DNA from: Hydrogenophilales bacterium 16-64-46
Lineage (GTDB): Bacteria; Pseudomonadota; Gammaproteobacteria; Burkholderiales; Thiobacillaceae
Direction of reading: 5' to 3'
Length of the DNA: 64,000 nt
NCBI GenBank assembly: GCA_002281775.1
Contig: NCGY01000003.1
Location: forward strand, 112,696-176,695
Made by a program: the position numbers and the translations under genes. This document shows positions 10,664 to 21,601 of this stretch, in pieces; position 1 is the first letter of the stretch, and every line of letters begins with the position of its first letter. A model generated the notes under the pieces. That model did not search any database. It saw only the letters and a list, made by a program, of their open reading frames with translations, and was not told where the DNA came from.

Positions 10664-11569
10664 ATGCCGCTGACGCTGGACACACTGGCCATCCTCGATG
10701 CCATAGACCGCCGGGGTTCCTTTGCCCGTGCGGCCGAGGAACTGGAACGCGCGACCTCGTCGCTGACCTATGCGGTACAGAAAATCGAGGCCGAGCTCGA
10801 CGTGCTGCTGTTCGACCGCTCCGGCCACCGCGCCCGCTTCACCCCGGCGGGCAGGCTCCTGCTCGACGAAGGGCGGGCCCTGCTCGGCGCGGCGCAAGCG
10901 CTGGAAGACCGGGCGCGGCAGGCGGCGGGCGGCTGGGAGCCGCGCTTTGCGCTGGCGCTGGAAGGTGTGCTGCCGGTGGCGTTGCTGCTGCCGGTGCTCG
11001 ATGCGTTCTACGCGCTGGGGCAGGGGGTGGCATTGCGGTTGCGGCAGGAAGTGCTCGCCGGCACCTGGGATGCGCTGGCGTCGGGCTGCGCCGATCTGGC
11101 CATCGCCGGCGGCGAGGCACCGCCGGGCGCGGGCCTGAAAACCCGGCCGCTGGGGTCGCTGGAATTCGTCTTCTGCGTGACGCCGGGTCATGCGCTGGCG
11201 CGCTTGAAACGCCCGCTGAATTCGACCGATCTGGCGACGCATCGCGCGGTTGTCATCGCCGACACGGCGCGCAACCTGCCGCTGCGCAGCGCCGACTGGC
11301 TGCGCCAGCAGCCGCGCCTGACGGTGGACGACCTGCCCACCAAGCTCGCCGCGCAGCAGGCCGGCCTGGGCGTCGGCGCGCTGCCGCGCTGGCTGGCGGA
11401 AGCGGAAATCGCCGCCGGGCGGCTGGTGCCCTGCGCGCTGGTCGACGGCAATCCGCGCCAGACCTTTCACCTGGCCTGGCGCAGTGGCGAATCGGGGCGC
11501 GCGCTCGACTGGTTCGTGCAGGCGCTGTCGCGGCCGGATGTGTTTGCGGGGGTGCTCGATGGCGTCTGA
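10664..11569 (+). CDS. LysR family regulator (YhaJ-like), divergent from pirin
   Basis: N-terminal HTH LDAIDRRGSFARAAEEL...LFDRSGHR; start at MPLTLD. Confidence 0.92.
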   Translation: MPLTLDTLAILDAIDRRGSFARAAEELERATSSLTYAVQKIEAELDVLLFDRSGHRARFTPAGRLLLDEGRALLGAAQALEDRARQAAGGWEPRFALALEGVLPVALLLPVLDAFYALGQGVALRLRQEVLAGTWDALASGCADLAIAGGEAPPGAGLKTRPLGSLEFVFCVTPGHALARLKRPLNSTDLATHRAVVIADTARNLPLRSADWLRQQPRLTVDDLPTKLAAQQAGLGVGALPRWLAEAEIAAGRLVPCALVDGNPRQTFHLAWRSGESGRALDWFVQALSRPDVFAGVLDGV

Positions 11570-11948
11570 GCTGACCACGATGCGCATCGACAAATGGCTG
11601 TGGGCGGCGCGGTTTTTCAAGACGCGCAGCCTGGCGCTCGCCGCCATCGAAAACGGTCGGGTCAAGCTCGACGGCCAGCGGGTAAAACCCGCGCGCGAGG
11701 TCAAACCAGGCGATCGGCTGGCGATCCGCATCGGCGACCACGAATGGACGCTGACCATACGCGGCCTGTCGATGCAGCGCGGCCCGGCCCCCGTGGCGCA
11801 GCAGCTCTACGCAGAAGACGCCGACAGCCATGCCCGGCGTCAGCAGCAGGTGCGCGACCGCACGCTCGATGCCGCGCCCGAGGCCGCCATCCGGGGCCGG
11901 CCCACCAAGCGCGACCGGCGGCTGATCCACCGCTTTACCGGCGAGTAG
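11559..11948 (+). CDS. hslR: Ribosome-associated heat shock protein Hsp15 (S4 domain)
   Basis: RIDKWLWAARFFKTRSLA and GRPTKRDRR. Confidence 0.93.
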   Translation: MASELTTMRIDKWLWAARFFKTRSLALAAIENGRVKLDGQRVKPAREVKPGDRLAIRIGDHEWTLTIRGLSMQRGPAPVAQQLYAEDADSHARRQQQVRDRTLDAAPEAAIRGRPTKRDRRLIHRFTGE

Positions 11949-12029
11949 GCCTTGACGATATTTTTCTGTTTCAGGCAGGGTTTTTCGGGTGACGCCGCAT
12001 AAAATCGGGCATTCCGAGAACGCCCCCTG

Positions 12030-15000
12030 ATGAATTTGTTCCCCGCCCTGAAGACCCTCCCGCGCCGCGTCCTGCGCGTGGCGTTCGGGCTGGCCGCGCT
12101 CGCGGCCACGGTGTTTGCCGTCGCGGCCGCTGTGATGTTCTTCTGGGTGCTGCCCAATGTGTCGGATCATCGCGACACCGTGGAAGACCTGATGTCGCGT
12201 GCGCTCGGCCAGCGCGTCACGCTCGATGCGGTGTCCGGGGTGTGGCAGCAGATGCGCCCGGAGTTTCGTCTGGAAGGCGTGCGCATACACGATGCGCAGA
12301 ATCGCGTCGCGCTCGTGCTGCCGCGTCTCGATGCCGCGTTTGCCTGGCGTTCGCTGCTCTTCCTGGAGCCCCGCTTCAACCGCATCGAGCTGGCGGGACT
12401 GACTCTGGGCGTGCGGCGTGCGCGCGACGGCCGGATCGATGTGGGTGGCATTCCGGTCAACCCGGCTGCTCCCGACAGCCGGCTGGCTGAGTGGCTCCTG
12501 CGTCAGGGGCGCGTCCACATTGCCGGCGCGAGCGTGGTCTGGCGCGACGAGATGCGCGCCGCGCCGCCGCTGGTGTTCACCGGCGTGGACCTGTTGCTGG
12601 AAAACGGTCGCATCGAGCACCGCCTGAGCGGCCGCGCGGTGCCGCCTGCCGCGCTGGCCCGGCCAGTGGTGGTGGAAGCCGATCTGGAGGCGCGCGACAT
12701 CTCGGATGCGCGCACCTGGAATGGCCAGGTGGCGGTCGAGGCGGCGGGCGTGGCGTTTGCGCGGCTGAAGCCCTGGATGAGTCTGCCGGGACAACCGGAA
12801 TCGGGCTGGGGCGCGGTGCGGGCGACGCTGGACATCGAAGCAGGCGTGTTGCGCAGCGCCGGCGCAGGAGTGGACATGCGCGGCGTGTCCCTGCCGCTGG
12901 CGGCCGGTCGTCCGCCCCTGCGGTTGGGGCAGGTACGCGGCCAGGTGCTGTGGCAGCGCGAAGCGAAAGGCCAGCGGCTCGATTTCCAGAACCTGCGCGT
13001 GGCGTTTCCCGGCGGTGCGTCGGGCGCGCCCTTCGACCTGGGCCTGTCGTGGCAGGGCGCGACGCGCGAGCTGCGCGCCCGTGCCGTGAGCCTGGCGGGC
13101 TGGCAGGCCGTGCTACCCAGCCTGCCGCTGGATGACGCCCTGCGCGCGCGCCTGGCGCGGCTCGACCCCGGTGGCCGCGTCGATTTGTTGCGCCTGGGCT
13201 GGCAGGGCGCGCATCCGGCTCTCGACAATTTCAGCCTGGACGCCCGCGTGAGCGGCCTCCAGGTCACGGCCGAAGGACAGCAGCCGGGCGTGAGCGGTCT
13301 CAGCGGCCAGTTCGAGGGCGATGCGCGCGGTGGCCGGTTCACGATCGAGTCGCGCCAGTTTGCACTGGACCTGCCCGATGTGATGCGCGAACCCGCGCTG
13401 CGCTTTGACGAATTCCACGCCACGGGGCAATGGCGGAAAACCGCGCAGGGCCATCGCTTTTCGCTCGACACGGCGAAATTCGCCAACACCGATCTGGCCG
13501 GCGGGCTGCGCGGCCATTACGACTGGGTCCCGGGCACGCCGGGCGCAATCGAACTCGAAGGCGCACTGACCCGTATCGACGGCCGGGCGGTGTGGCGCTA
13601 CTTTCCCTGGAAAGTCGGCCAGCACACGGTCGACTGGGCGAAGCAGGGCGTCGTCGCAGCGCGCTCCGACGACGTGCGCTTCACGCTGCGCGGCGAGCTG
13701 GCGCGCTTCCCGTTCGAACACGGCGAGGGTCAGTTCCGCGTCGAGGCCGTGGTGAAGGACGGCGTGTTGCGCTACGCGCCGGGCTGGCCGGTGATGGAAG
13801 ACGTGAACGTGCGTCTCGTTTTCGCCGGCAAGACGATGGAAATCGTTTCCGAGCGTGCGCGCATCTACGATGTGGAGCTCGCTCCTGTACGGGCGTTCAT
13901 CGCCGACCTGATCCATCGCGAGGAAATCCTGCAGGTGTCGGGCGAGGCGCGGGGATCGACGCGGGATTTCATCCGCTTCGCCAATTTCAGCCCGGTGAGT
14001 GACCGCCTGCGCGGCTTCACCGACGCGCTCGACGGCAGCGGCACGATGAAGCTGGCGATGAACCTGCGGGTGCCGCTGCGCCACAGCCGCGATGCCACGC
14101 TCGCCGGCCGCCTGAGCTTCGAGGGCGGGACGCTGTATCCCGAAGCGCTGCCGCGCCTCGAACAGGTGCGCGGCGAAATCGAATTCACCCAGGACACGCT
14201 GGCGGCGCAGGGTATCAGTGCGCGGTTCCTCGGCGGGCCGCTGCGCCTCGACGCGCAGACGCGCGCGGGTCAGGTGCGGCTGACGCTGCTGGGGCGCGCC
14301 ACGGCGACGGGCCTGACGCCCTGGGTGGGCGCGGCGGTGGGGGCGCGGCTTTCCGGCCAGACGGGCTGGCGCGGCCAGATCGACTTCGAGCCCGGCGGCG
14401 AGCGCGTGCGGGTGGAGTCCGATCTGGTCGGCCTGGCTTCCACCCTGCCGGCACCGTTGGCCAAGTCCGCGCCGCAGGCCCTGCCGCTGCTGGCCAGCGC
14501 CCAGCCACTGGGCGAGGCCACCCTGCACGAAGTGCGGCTGGGCCGGACCGTGGGCGCGCTGTGGCGCAGCGATGCCGGCGCGCGCTTCGATCGCGGTGAA
14601 ATCCGCTTCGGCGGCATGGCCGTGATGCCCGGCGAACCGGGCCTGCGTCTGGCAGGCAATGCTGCCGGCCTCGACATTTCCGGCTGGCTCGGCCTGTTGC
14701 CTCAGGGCGGGGAGGACGCCGCCATCCCGGTATCGGTCATCGACCTGGGATTTGACGCCTTCGACCTGATGGGCCGTCGCTTCCGCGAGGTGCGCGTACA
14801 GGGGCGCACACGCAACGGGCTGTTGCGCACGCAGGTCAGCGCGCAAGGCGTGACGGGCACGCTGACCTATCGCCCGGCGGGCGAGCAGGCCGCACGGCTG
14901 TCCGGACAATTCAGGCTGCTGGTGATTCCCGCACCCGCCCCGGCCGGTGCAGGTGAACCAGTGCAGGCACTGAAACTGCGGGCCGGGGATTTTCCCGTGC

Positions 15001-15815
15001 TCGATCTGACGGTGGACGACTTCCGCTTGCAGGATCGTCCGTTCGGCCGGCTGCAAGTCGTGGCGCGCGGCGTGACCCAGGGGCTGGCGATCGATACCCT
15101 TGAACTGACCCACCCCGATAGCGTGCTCCACATGAGCGGGCTGTGGCGCGATACCGGCGTGGGCGAGACGCGTGCCGACCTGAAACTGTCGGTACTCGAC
15201 GCCGGCAAGTTCCTCGCGCGGTTCGGCTATCCCGACACCCTCAAGCGCGGCCGGGCCGAGGTGGCGGGCAATGCGGCCTGGGAAGGCTCGCCTGCGGATT
15301 TTGCCTTTGCCACCCTGGCGGGCCAGCTCGATTTTCAAGCCAGGAGTGGCCAGTTTCTCAAGGTGGAACCCGGTGCCGGCAAACTGCTGGGCGTGTTGAG
15401 CCTGCAATCCCTGCCGCGCCGGTTGAACTTTGATTTCCGTGATATCTTCAATTCAGGCTTTGCCTTCGACGATATCAACGCCACGCTGCGCATCGCGCGC
15501 GGCGTGGTCTACAGCGACGATTTGCGGATGCGCGGGCCGGCCGCTAAGGTCAACATGTCGGGCCTGGCCGACCTGGGGCGGGAGAGCGTGCAACTGCGCG
15601 TGAAAGTGATTCCCAAGCTGTCCGAAAGCGTCGCCGTGGCCGGTGCCTTGCTGGGCGGCCCGATTGCCGGAGTGGGCGCGCTGGCGGCGCAGAAACTCCT
15701 GCGCGATCCAGTGGAAGAAGCCATCAGCCAGGAATATACGGTGACCGGCCCGTGGCAGGCACCGGACGTGAAGCGTTTGTCGAAGAAAGCGAACAAACAG
15801 GAACCGCAGCCTTGA
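12030..15815 (+). CDS. yhdP: YhdP / AsmA-like (TIGR02099) lipid transport protein
   Basis: 1261 aa, N-terminal TM helix, LSLQSLPRRLNFDFRDIFNSGFAFD; yhdP-nitrilase-tldD context. Confidence 0.88.
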   Translation: MNLFPALKTLPRRVLRVAFGLAALAATVFAVAAAVMFFWVLPNVSDHRDTVEDLMSRALGQRVTLDAVSGVWQQMRPEFRLEGVRIHDAQNRVALVLPRLDAAFAWRSLLFLEPRFNRIELAGLTLGVRRARDGRIDVGGIPVNPAAPDSRLAEWLLRQGRVHIAGASVVWRDEMRAAPPLVFTGVDLLLENGRIEHRLSGRAVPPAALARPVVVEADLEARDISDARTWNGQVAVEAAGVAFARLKPWMSLPGQPESGWGAVRATLDIEAGVLRSAGAGVDMRGVSLPLAAGRPPLRLGQVRGQVLWQREAKGQRLDFQNLRVAFPGGASGAPFDLGLSWQGATRELRARAVSLAGWQAVLPSLPLDDALRARLARLDPGGRVDLLRLGWQGAHPALDNFSLDARVSGLQVTAEGQQPGVSGLSGQFEGDARGGRFTIESRQFALDLPDVMREPALRFDEFHATGQWRKTAQGHRFSLDTAKFANTDLAGGLRGHYDWVPGTPGAIELEGALTRIDGRAVWRYFPWKVGQHTVDWAKQGVVAARSDDVRFTLRGELARFPFEHGEGQFRVEAVVKDGVLRYAPGWPVMEDVNVRLVFAGKTMEIVSERARIYDVELAPVRAFIADLIHREEILQVSGEARGSTRDFIRFANFSPVSDRLRGFTDALDGSGTMKLAMNLRVPLRHSRDATLAGRLSFEGGTLYPEALPRLEQVRGEIEFTQDTLAAQGISARFLGGPLRLDAQTRAGQVRLTLLGRATATGLTPWVGAAVGARLSGQTGWRGQIDFEPGGERVRVESDLVGLASTLPAPLAKSAPQALPLLASAQPLGEATLHEVRLGRTVGALWRSDAGARFDRGEIRFGGMAVMPGEPGLRLAGNAAGLDISGWLGLLPQGGEDAAIPVSVIDLGFDAFDLMGRRFREVRVQGRTRNGLLRTQVSAQGVTGTLTYRPAGEQAARLSGQFRLLVIPAPAPAGAGEPVQALKLRAGDFPVLDLTVDDFRLQDRPFGRLQVVARGVTQGLAIDTLELTHPDSVLHMSGLWRDTGVGETRADLKLSVLDAGKFLARFGYPDTLKRGRAEVAGNAAWEGSPADFAFATLAGQLDFQARSGQFLKVEPGAGKLLGVLSLQSLPRRLNFDFRDIFNSGFAFDDINATLRIARGVVYSDDLRMRGPAAKVNMSGLADLGRESVQLRVKVIPKLSESVAVAGALLGGPIAGVGALAAQKLLRDPVEEAISQEYTVTGPWQAPDVKRLSKKANKQEPQP

Positions 15816-15831
15816 CCGTGAAGCAGACCGC

Positions 15832-16779
15832 ATGACAACCAGAAAACTCGCCCCGTCCTCCCTCGCGCGCTCCAAGGGGGCGCAGGTCAAGAAGCCGGCC
15901 CAGCAGGCCGGTGCCGTCCGTGTCGCCGCCATCCAGATGGCGTCCGGCCCCAGTGTGCCGGCCAACCTGGCCGAGGCCGAGCAGCTCATTGAACTGGCCG
16001 TCGAAGGCGGCGCAAAGCTGGTCGCCCTGCCGGAATTCTTCGCCATCATGGGCATGAAGGACGCCGACGTGCTGAAGGTGCGTGAAGCGGAAGGCAGCGG
16101 CCCGATCCAGGGTTTTCTTTCGCGCATGGCGAAGAAACACAAAATCTGGCTCATCGGCGGCTCGGTGCCGCTGGAAGCCAGCGTCGCCAGCAAGGTGCGT
16201 AACGCCTGCCTGGTCTACGACGAACGCGGCAAACAGGTCGCGCGCTACGACAAGATTCATCTGTTCGGCCTCGATCTCGGCAACGAGCGCTACCAGGAAG
16301 CCAAGCTCATCGAGCCGGGTGATACCATCGTCGTCATCAACAGCCCCTTCGGCCGCATCGGCCTGTCGGTCTGCTACGACCTGCGCTTTCCCGAGCTGTA
16401 TCGCGCCATGCCCGGCGTCGACATCATCGTCGTACCCTCGGCGTTCACCGCCACCACCGGACGCGCGCATTTCGAAACACTGATCCGCGCGCGCGCCATC
16501 GAAAACCTCGCCTACGTCATTGCGCCGGCGCAGGGCGGCTATCACCTGTCGGGCCGCGAAACGCACGGCGACAGCATGATCGTCGACCCCTGGGGCGTGG
16601 TGCTCGACCGCCTGCCGCGCGGTTCGGGCGTGGTCATCGCCAACATCAACCCCGCCTACCAGGCCAGCCTGAGAAAGAGCCTGCCCGCCCTGCAGCACCG
16701 CTACATCGGCACGCCGCAGATCGACGTGTTGGAGGCCGAACGCCGCGCCATCGCCAAACGCGAAGCCCCCAGCAAATAA
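15832..16779 (+). CDS. Carbon-nitrogen hydrolase (Nit1-like)
   Basis: LPEFF, YDKIHLF, SVCYDLRFPEL (E-K-C triad). Confidence 0.92.
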   Translation: MTTRKLAPSSLARSKGAQVKKPAQQAGAVRVAAIQMASGPSVPANLAEAEQLIELAVEGGAKLVALPEFFAIMGMKDADVLKVREAEGSGPIQGFLSRMAKKHKIWLIGGSVPLEASVASKVRNACLVYDERGKQVARYDKIHLFGLDLGNERYQEAKLIEPGDTIVVINSPFGRIGLSVCYDLRFPELYRAMPGVDIIVVPSAFTATTGRAHFETLIRARAIENLAYVIAPAQGGYHLSGRETHGDSMIVDPWGVVLDRLPRGSGVVIANINPAYQASLRKSLPALQHRYIGTPQIDVLEAERRAIAKREAPSK

Positions 16780-16818
16780 ACGGTGCCCGGCACCGCCCAG
16801 CCAGAGAGAGAGTCCGCC

Positions 16819-18291
16819 ATGAATCCGACCGACGCCTTCACCCCCATCCAGTCCGCCGAAGCCCTGTTCCGCTCGGCCGAATCGACCCTGCTCGCCCCCA
16901 ACGGGCTCGACGCCGACAGGCTCGCCCCGGTGTTTTCGCGCCTGATGGCGCACGACGTCGACTACGCCGACCTCTACTTCCAGTACAGCCGCTCCGAGGG
17001 CTGGAGCCTCGAGGAAGGCCAGGTCAAGTCCGGCAGCTTCAATATCGACCAGGGCGTCGGCGTGCGCGCGATCTCGGGCGAGAAAACCGCGTTCGCGTAT
17101 TCCGACGACATCAGCCTCGACGCGCTCGGCGCCGCCGCCGACGCCACCCGGGCGATCGCGCGCGCCGGCCAGCAGCGCGAGGTGGCCATCGCCAGACGCG
17201 GCGAAGGCCGCCTGCTGTACAACCCGGTCGACCCGCTCGCGAGCCTCGACGACGCGGCCAAGGTCGCGCTGCTCGAACGCCTGGAGAAAAAGGCGCGCGC
17301 CATGGACCCGCGCGTCATCCAGGTGATGGCGAGCCTCGCGTCCGAGTATGAAGTGATCTTCGTCGCGCGCTCCGACGGCCATCTGGCCGCCGACGTGCGC
17401 CCGCTGGTGCGCTTGTCCTTGCAGGTCATCTCCGAGCAGGACGGCCGCCGCGAGCAGGGATCGGGCGGCGGCGGCGGCCGTTTCGACTACAGCTACTTCA
17501 CCGACGACATCCTGGAGAAATATGCGCGCCAGGCCGTGCACCAGGCCAGCGTCAACCTCGACGCCCGCCCCGCGCCTGCCGGCACCATGACCGTCGTCCT
17601 CGGTTCCGGCTGGCCCGGCATCCTGCTGCACGAAGCCATCGGCCACGGCCTCGAAGGCGACTTCAACCGCAAGGGCAGCTCGGCGTTTTCGGGCCGCATG
17701 GGCGAGCGCGTCGCCGCCCCCGGCGTTACCGTCATCGACGACGGCACCATCCCGCTGCGCCGCGGGTCGCTCAACGTCGACGACGAAGGCAACCCCACCC
17801 AGCGCACCGTGCTCATCGAGGACGGCATCCTCACCGGCTACATGCAGGACATGATGAACGCGCGGCTGATGGGGATGAAACCCACCGGCAACGCCCGCCG
17901 CGAATCGTATTCGCATCTGACCATGCCGCGCATGACCAACACCCTCATGCTCGGCGGCGACAAGGACCCGCAGGAAATCCTCGCCTCGGTGAAGAACGGT
18001 CTCTACGCCGTCAACTTCGGCGGCGGCCAGGTCGACATCACCAGCGGCAAATTCGTCTTCTCCGCCGCCGAGGCCTACATGATCGAGGACGGAAAGATCA
18101 CCTATCCGGTGAAAGGCGCCACCCTCATCGGCAACGGCCCCGACGCGCTCACCCGCGTGTCGATGATCGGCAACGACATGGAAATGGATAGCGGTGTGGG
18201 CACCTGCGGCAAGGAAGGCCAGAGCGTGCCGGTCGGGGTGGGGCAGCCGACGTTGCGGATCGATGGGTTGACGGTGGGCGGGACGGCCTGA
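16819..18291 (+). CDS. tldD: Metalloprotease TldD
   Basis: [36 protein letters not shown]. Confidence 0.96.
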   Translation: MNPTDAFTPIQSAEALFRSAESTLLAPNGLDADRLAPVFSRLMAHDVDYADLYFQYSRSEGWSLEEGQVKSGSFNIDQGVGVRAISGEKTAFAYSDDISLDALGAAADATRAIARAGQQREVAIARRGEGRLLYNPVDPLASLDDAAKVALLERLEKKARAMDPRVIQVMASLASEYEVIFVARSDGHLAADVRPLVRLSLQVISEQDGRREQGSGGGGGRFDYSYFTDDILEKYARQAVHQASVNLDARPAPAGTMTVVLGSGWPGILLHEAIGHGLEGDFNRKGSSAFSGRMGERVAAPGVTVIDDGTIPLRRGSLNVDDEGNPTQRTVLIEDGILTGYMQDMMNARLMGMKPTGNARRESYSHLTMPRMTNTLMLGGDKDPQEILASVKNGLYAVNFGGGQVDITSGKFVFSAAEAYMIEDGKITYPVKGATLIGNGPDALTRVSMIGNDMEMDSGVGTCGKEGQSVPVGVGQPTLRIDGLTVGGTA

Positions 18292-18311
18292 CGTTCAGTG
18301 GCGCGTGGACC

Positions 18312-18572
18312 ATGCCCACGATCAGTCAGTTCTTCGGCATCGTCATTCAAATGTTCTGGAGAGAACATGCACCCCCGCATTTTCATGCGATGTATGCTGA
18401 GCACGAAGCCTTGATCGATATCCGTACCCTTGAGGTGATCGGCGGTAGCCTGCCCAGACGGGCGCTGAACCTGACGATAGAATGGGCCATCGAACATCGT
18501 GAAGAATTGATGGAGGACTGGAAGCTATGTCAATCCAGACAACACCCGAAGCGGATCAAACCGCTGGAGTAA
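18312..18572 (+). CDS. DUF4160 protein (putative TA component)
   Basis: MPTISQFFGIVIQMFWREHAPPHFHAMY pattern. Confidence 0.85.
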   Translation: MPTISQFFGIVIQMFWREHAPPHFHAMYAEHEALIDIRTLEVIGGSLPRRALNLTIEWAIEHREELMEDWKLCQSRQHPKRIKPLE

Positions 18573-18847
18573 TCCCCGCGGCACCCTGGCGGGTAAAAGC
18601 ATTGTCCGTGCTACCTGATTATCGTCTGGCGGTCACGTTCATGGACGGCACAAACGGCATCGCGGATTTCTCGGCGATCCTGACGGCCAAGGAATGCGGG
18701 ATCTTCGAAGCGCTCAAGGACAAGGCTTGTTTCGATCGGGCGTGCCTCGAATTGGGCGTTGTGACCTGGCCCAATGGGCTGGATATCGATCCCGCATGGA
18801 TGTATGAAGAGGTCAGGGCGAATAAATCGTGGTCTGTCCCCTTTTAA
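18527..18847 (+). CDS. DUF2442 protein (putative TA partner)
   Basis: LAVTFMDG...F...GVVTWPNGLDIDP; overlaps DUF4160 gene. Confidence 0.8.
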   Translation: MSIQTTPEADQTAGVIPAAPWRVKALSVLPDYRLAVTFMDGTNGIADFSAILTAKECGIFEALKDKACFDRACLELGVVTWPNGLDIDPAWMYEEVRANKSWSVPF

Positions 18848-18901
18848 CGCCCCCCTTTTAACGGCCTTTTAACGGTTCCCTTTTAACGCCTGCTTTTAAC
18901 G
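18825..18901 (+). repeat. AAATCGTGGTCTGTCCC element followed by five CTTTTAACG copies
   Basis: CTTTTAACG at 18841, 18855, 18866, 18880, 18893. Confidence 0.85.
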
Positions 18902-19017
18902 CAAATCGAACGATCCGCACGTGGGATACAACCAAACTCCGCTTTTTGTTAAACAAGAAAAAATAGGACAGGTTTCCAATGAGTTTTCCGCAATAAACAG
19001 GGTCAGGCTCAATCCCA

Positions 19018-19303
19018 ATGAGTGAATTCGACATCCGCTGGCAGCAACGCCTCGCCAATTACAGCAAAGCGCTGGAGCAACTCGGCAGCGCCGTGTCGAC
19101 GAGCCGGCAGCGCTCGCTTTTCGATCTCGAAAAACAGGGCCTGATCCAGGCGTTCTAGTTCACGCACGAACTGGCGTGGAACGTGATGAAGGATTACTTG
19201 GCGCATAATCGCGGACGAAATTTTCGGCCACGTTGTGGCGCGGTATTTCCCGCTGTTCGAGCAGTTCCAGCGCAGGATGAACGCGCTCAAAGCGCAGTCC
19301 TGA
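19018..19303 (+). pseudogene. HI0074-family HEPN protein, disrupted
   Basis: MSEFDIRWQQRLANY...GLIQAF, in-frame TAG at 19156-19158, then an apparent internal deletion or frameshift; C-terminus IADEIFGH...RYFPLFEQF continues in another frame. Confidence 0.85.
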
Positions 19304-19309
19304 CCCGCC

Positions 19310-19642
19310 ATGCCGTACGGTCTTTCGGATGAAACCCATGCGCGCATCTGCGCCGTGCTGGCGGCGCACCCGGCGGTCGAGAAAGCCGTGTTGTACGGTT
19401 CGCGCGCGAAGGGCAGTTTTCGCGCGGGCTCCGATATCGATCTGTGCCTGATTGGATCGGTCTTGTCGCTCACGCAGCAGTTGCAAATCGAATCCGAGCT
19501 GGACAATCTGTTGTTGCCGTACAGGATCGACCTTGCGCGTTTCCTCGCGCTGGACAATCCGGCGCTGCTCGATCACATCCAGCGGGTGGGCGTGACGTTG
19601 TACGCGGCCGGACTGCCGCCCGATCAGCGGCCTCCAGGATGA
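19310..19642 (+). CDS. Minimal nucleotidyltransferase (MNT antitoxin-like)
   Basis: LYGSRAKGSFRAGSDIDL. Confidence 0.9.
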   Translation: MPYGLSDETHARICAVLAAHPAVEKAVLYGSRAKGSFRAGSDIDLCLIGSVLSLTQQLQIESELDNLLLPYRIDLARFLALDNPALLDHIQRVGVTLYAAGLPPDQRPPG

Positions 19643-19799
19643 TTATCCTGAAAGCCGGACAAATCCGTTAAAATTCACCGGCTTCGTGGGCGGGTCCGTG
19701 CGCCGTGCCCGCTTTCCCGGTGGATATTGACCAGCGCCCGCGCCGGACGCTGCTCAATCTCTCATCCCTGACCGGGCACGGTAACGTGCCCGTTTTGCT

Positions 19800-21599
19800 G
19801 TGTCGCAGAACCTGATCCGCAATTTTTCCATCATCGCCCACATCGACCATGGCAAGTCCACGCTGGCCGACCGGCTGATCCAGTTTTGCGGCGGCCTGTC
19901 CGAACGCGAAATGGAAGCGCAGGTGCTCGATTCGATGGATCTGGAAAAGGAGCGCGGCATCACCATCAAGGCGCAGACCGCCGCGCTGACTTACAAGGCG
20001 CAGGATGGCCAGGTGTACCGGCTGAACCTGATCGACACCCCCGGACACGTCGACTTTTCCTACGAAGTCTCGCGCTCGCTGTCTGCCTGCGAAGGCGCGC
20101 TGCTCGTGGTGGATGCATCGCAAGGCGTGGAAGCGCAGACCGTGGCGAACTGCTACACCGCCATCGACCTCGGCGTCGAAGTGATTCCCGTATTGAACAA
20201 GATCGACCTGCCCGCCGCTGACCCGGACCGGGTGGCAGAGGAAATCGAGGATATCGTCGGACTCGACGCCAGTGAGGCAGTGCGCGCCTCGGCCAAGTCC
20301 GGCATCGGCATTCCCGAAATTCTCGAAGTGGTGGTGAAGCAGGTGCCCGCACCGCGCGGCAACCCGGATGCGCCGCTGAAGGCGCTGATCATCGATTCCT
20401 GGTTCGACAACTACGTCGGCGTGGTGATGCTGGTGCGCGTCGTCGACGGCGCACTGAAACCCAAGGACAAAATCCGTTTCATGGCCACCGGCGCGCAGCA
20501 CCTGACCGAGCACGTCGGCGTGTTCACGCCAAAGTCCGTGGACAAGCCGCAGTTGTCGGCGGGTGAGGTCGGCTTCGTCATCGCCGGCATCAAGGAGCTC
20601 AAATCGGCGCAGGTCGGCGATACGATTACCCTGATCGACCAGCCCGCGAGCGAGCCGCTGCCGGGTTTCAAGAAAGTCCAGTCGCAGGTCTTCGCCGGCC
20701 TGTATCCGGTCGAGTCGCACGACTTTGAAAACCTGCGCGACGCGCTGACCAAGCTGCAACTGAACGACGCCGCGCTACAGTTCGAGCCCGAAGTGTCGCA
20801 GGCGCTGGGTTTCGGCTTCCGTTGCGGCTTTCTTGGCCTCTTGCACATGGACATCGTGCAGGAGCGGCTGGAACGAGAGTACGACATGGACCTCATCACC
20901 ACCGCCCCAACGGTGGTGTACGAGGTGCTGATGAAGGACGGCACGCTGCTCAACGTCGAAAACCCGTTCAAGCTGCCCGAACTGTCGAAGATCGAGGAAA
21001 TCCGCGAGCCGATCATCACCGCGACAATCTTCGTGCCGGAGGAGTTCGTCGGCAACGTCATCACCCTGTGCAACCAGAAGCGCGGCATGCAGATCGACAT
21101 GCAGTACCACGGCCGCCAGGTCATGCTGCGCTACGACCTGCCGATGAACGAGGTGGTGATGGATTTCTTCGACAAGCTGAAATCGACCAGCCGCGGCTAC
21201 GCCTCGCTCGACTATGAATTCAAGGAATACCGCGCCGGCGACCTGGTCAAGCTCGACATCCTGGTCAACAACGAGAAGGTCGACGCGCTATCGCTGATCG
21301 TCCACCGCGCCAGCAGCGTGTACCGTGGCCGAGAACTGGCGTCGAAGATGCGCGAACTGATCCCGCGGCAGATGTTCGACGTCGCGGTGCAGGCGGCGAT
21401 CGGTGCCAACATCATCGCGCGCGAGAACGTCAAGGCGCTGCGCAAGAACGTGCTCGCCAAGTGCTACGGTGGCGACATCACGCGCAAGAAAAAACTGCTG
21501 GAAAAACAGAAAGCCGGCAAGCGCCGCATGAAACAGGTCGGCAACGTCGAAATCCCGCAGGAAGCCTTCCTCGCGATCCTCCAGGTATCGGATAAATAA
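19800..21599 (+). CDS. lepA: Translation elongation factor 4
   Basis: [39 protein letters not shown]. Confidence 0.98.
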   Translation: MSQNLIRNFSIIAHIDHGKSTLADRLIQFCGGLSEREMEAQVLDSMDLEKERGITIKAQTAALTYKAQDGQVYRLNLIDTPGHVDFSYEVSRSLSACEGALLVVDASQGVEAQTVANCYTAIDLGVEVIPVLNKIDLPAADPDRVAEEIEDIVGLDASEAVRASAKSGIGIPEILEVVVKQVPAPRGNPDAPLKALIIDSWFDNYVGVVMLVRVVDGALKPKDKIRFMATGAQHLTEHVGVFTPKSVDKPQLSAGEVGFVIAGIKELKSAQVGDTITLIDQPASEPLPGFKKVQSQVFAGLYPVESHDFENLRDALTKLQLNDAALQFEPEVSQALGFGFRCGFLGLLHMDIVQERLEREYDMDLITTAPTVVYEVLMKDGTLLNVENPFKLPELSKIEEIREPIITATIFVPEEFVGNVITLCNQKRGMQIDMQYHGRQVMLRYDLPMNEVVMDFFDKLKSTSRGYASLDYEFKEYRAGDLVKLDILVNNEKVDALSLIVHRASSVYRGRELASKMRELIPRQMFDVAVQAAIGANIIARENVKALRKNVLAKCYGGDITRKKKLLEKQKAGKRRMKQVGNVEIPQEAFLAILQVSDK

Positions 21600-21601
21600 C
21601 C

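Noticed and set aside
9236-11569. LysR-pirin-FMN reductase cluster as a novel system
   Set aside because: Common, already described arrangement (YhaJ/YhaK-like)
18841-18901. Possible CRISPR array
   Set aside because: 9-bp units with 2-5 bp gaps; no spacer-length uniques and no cas genes
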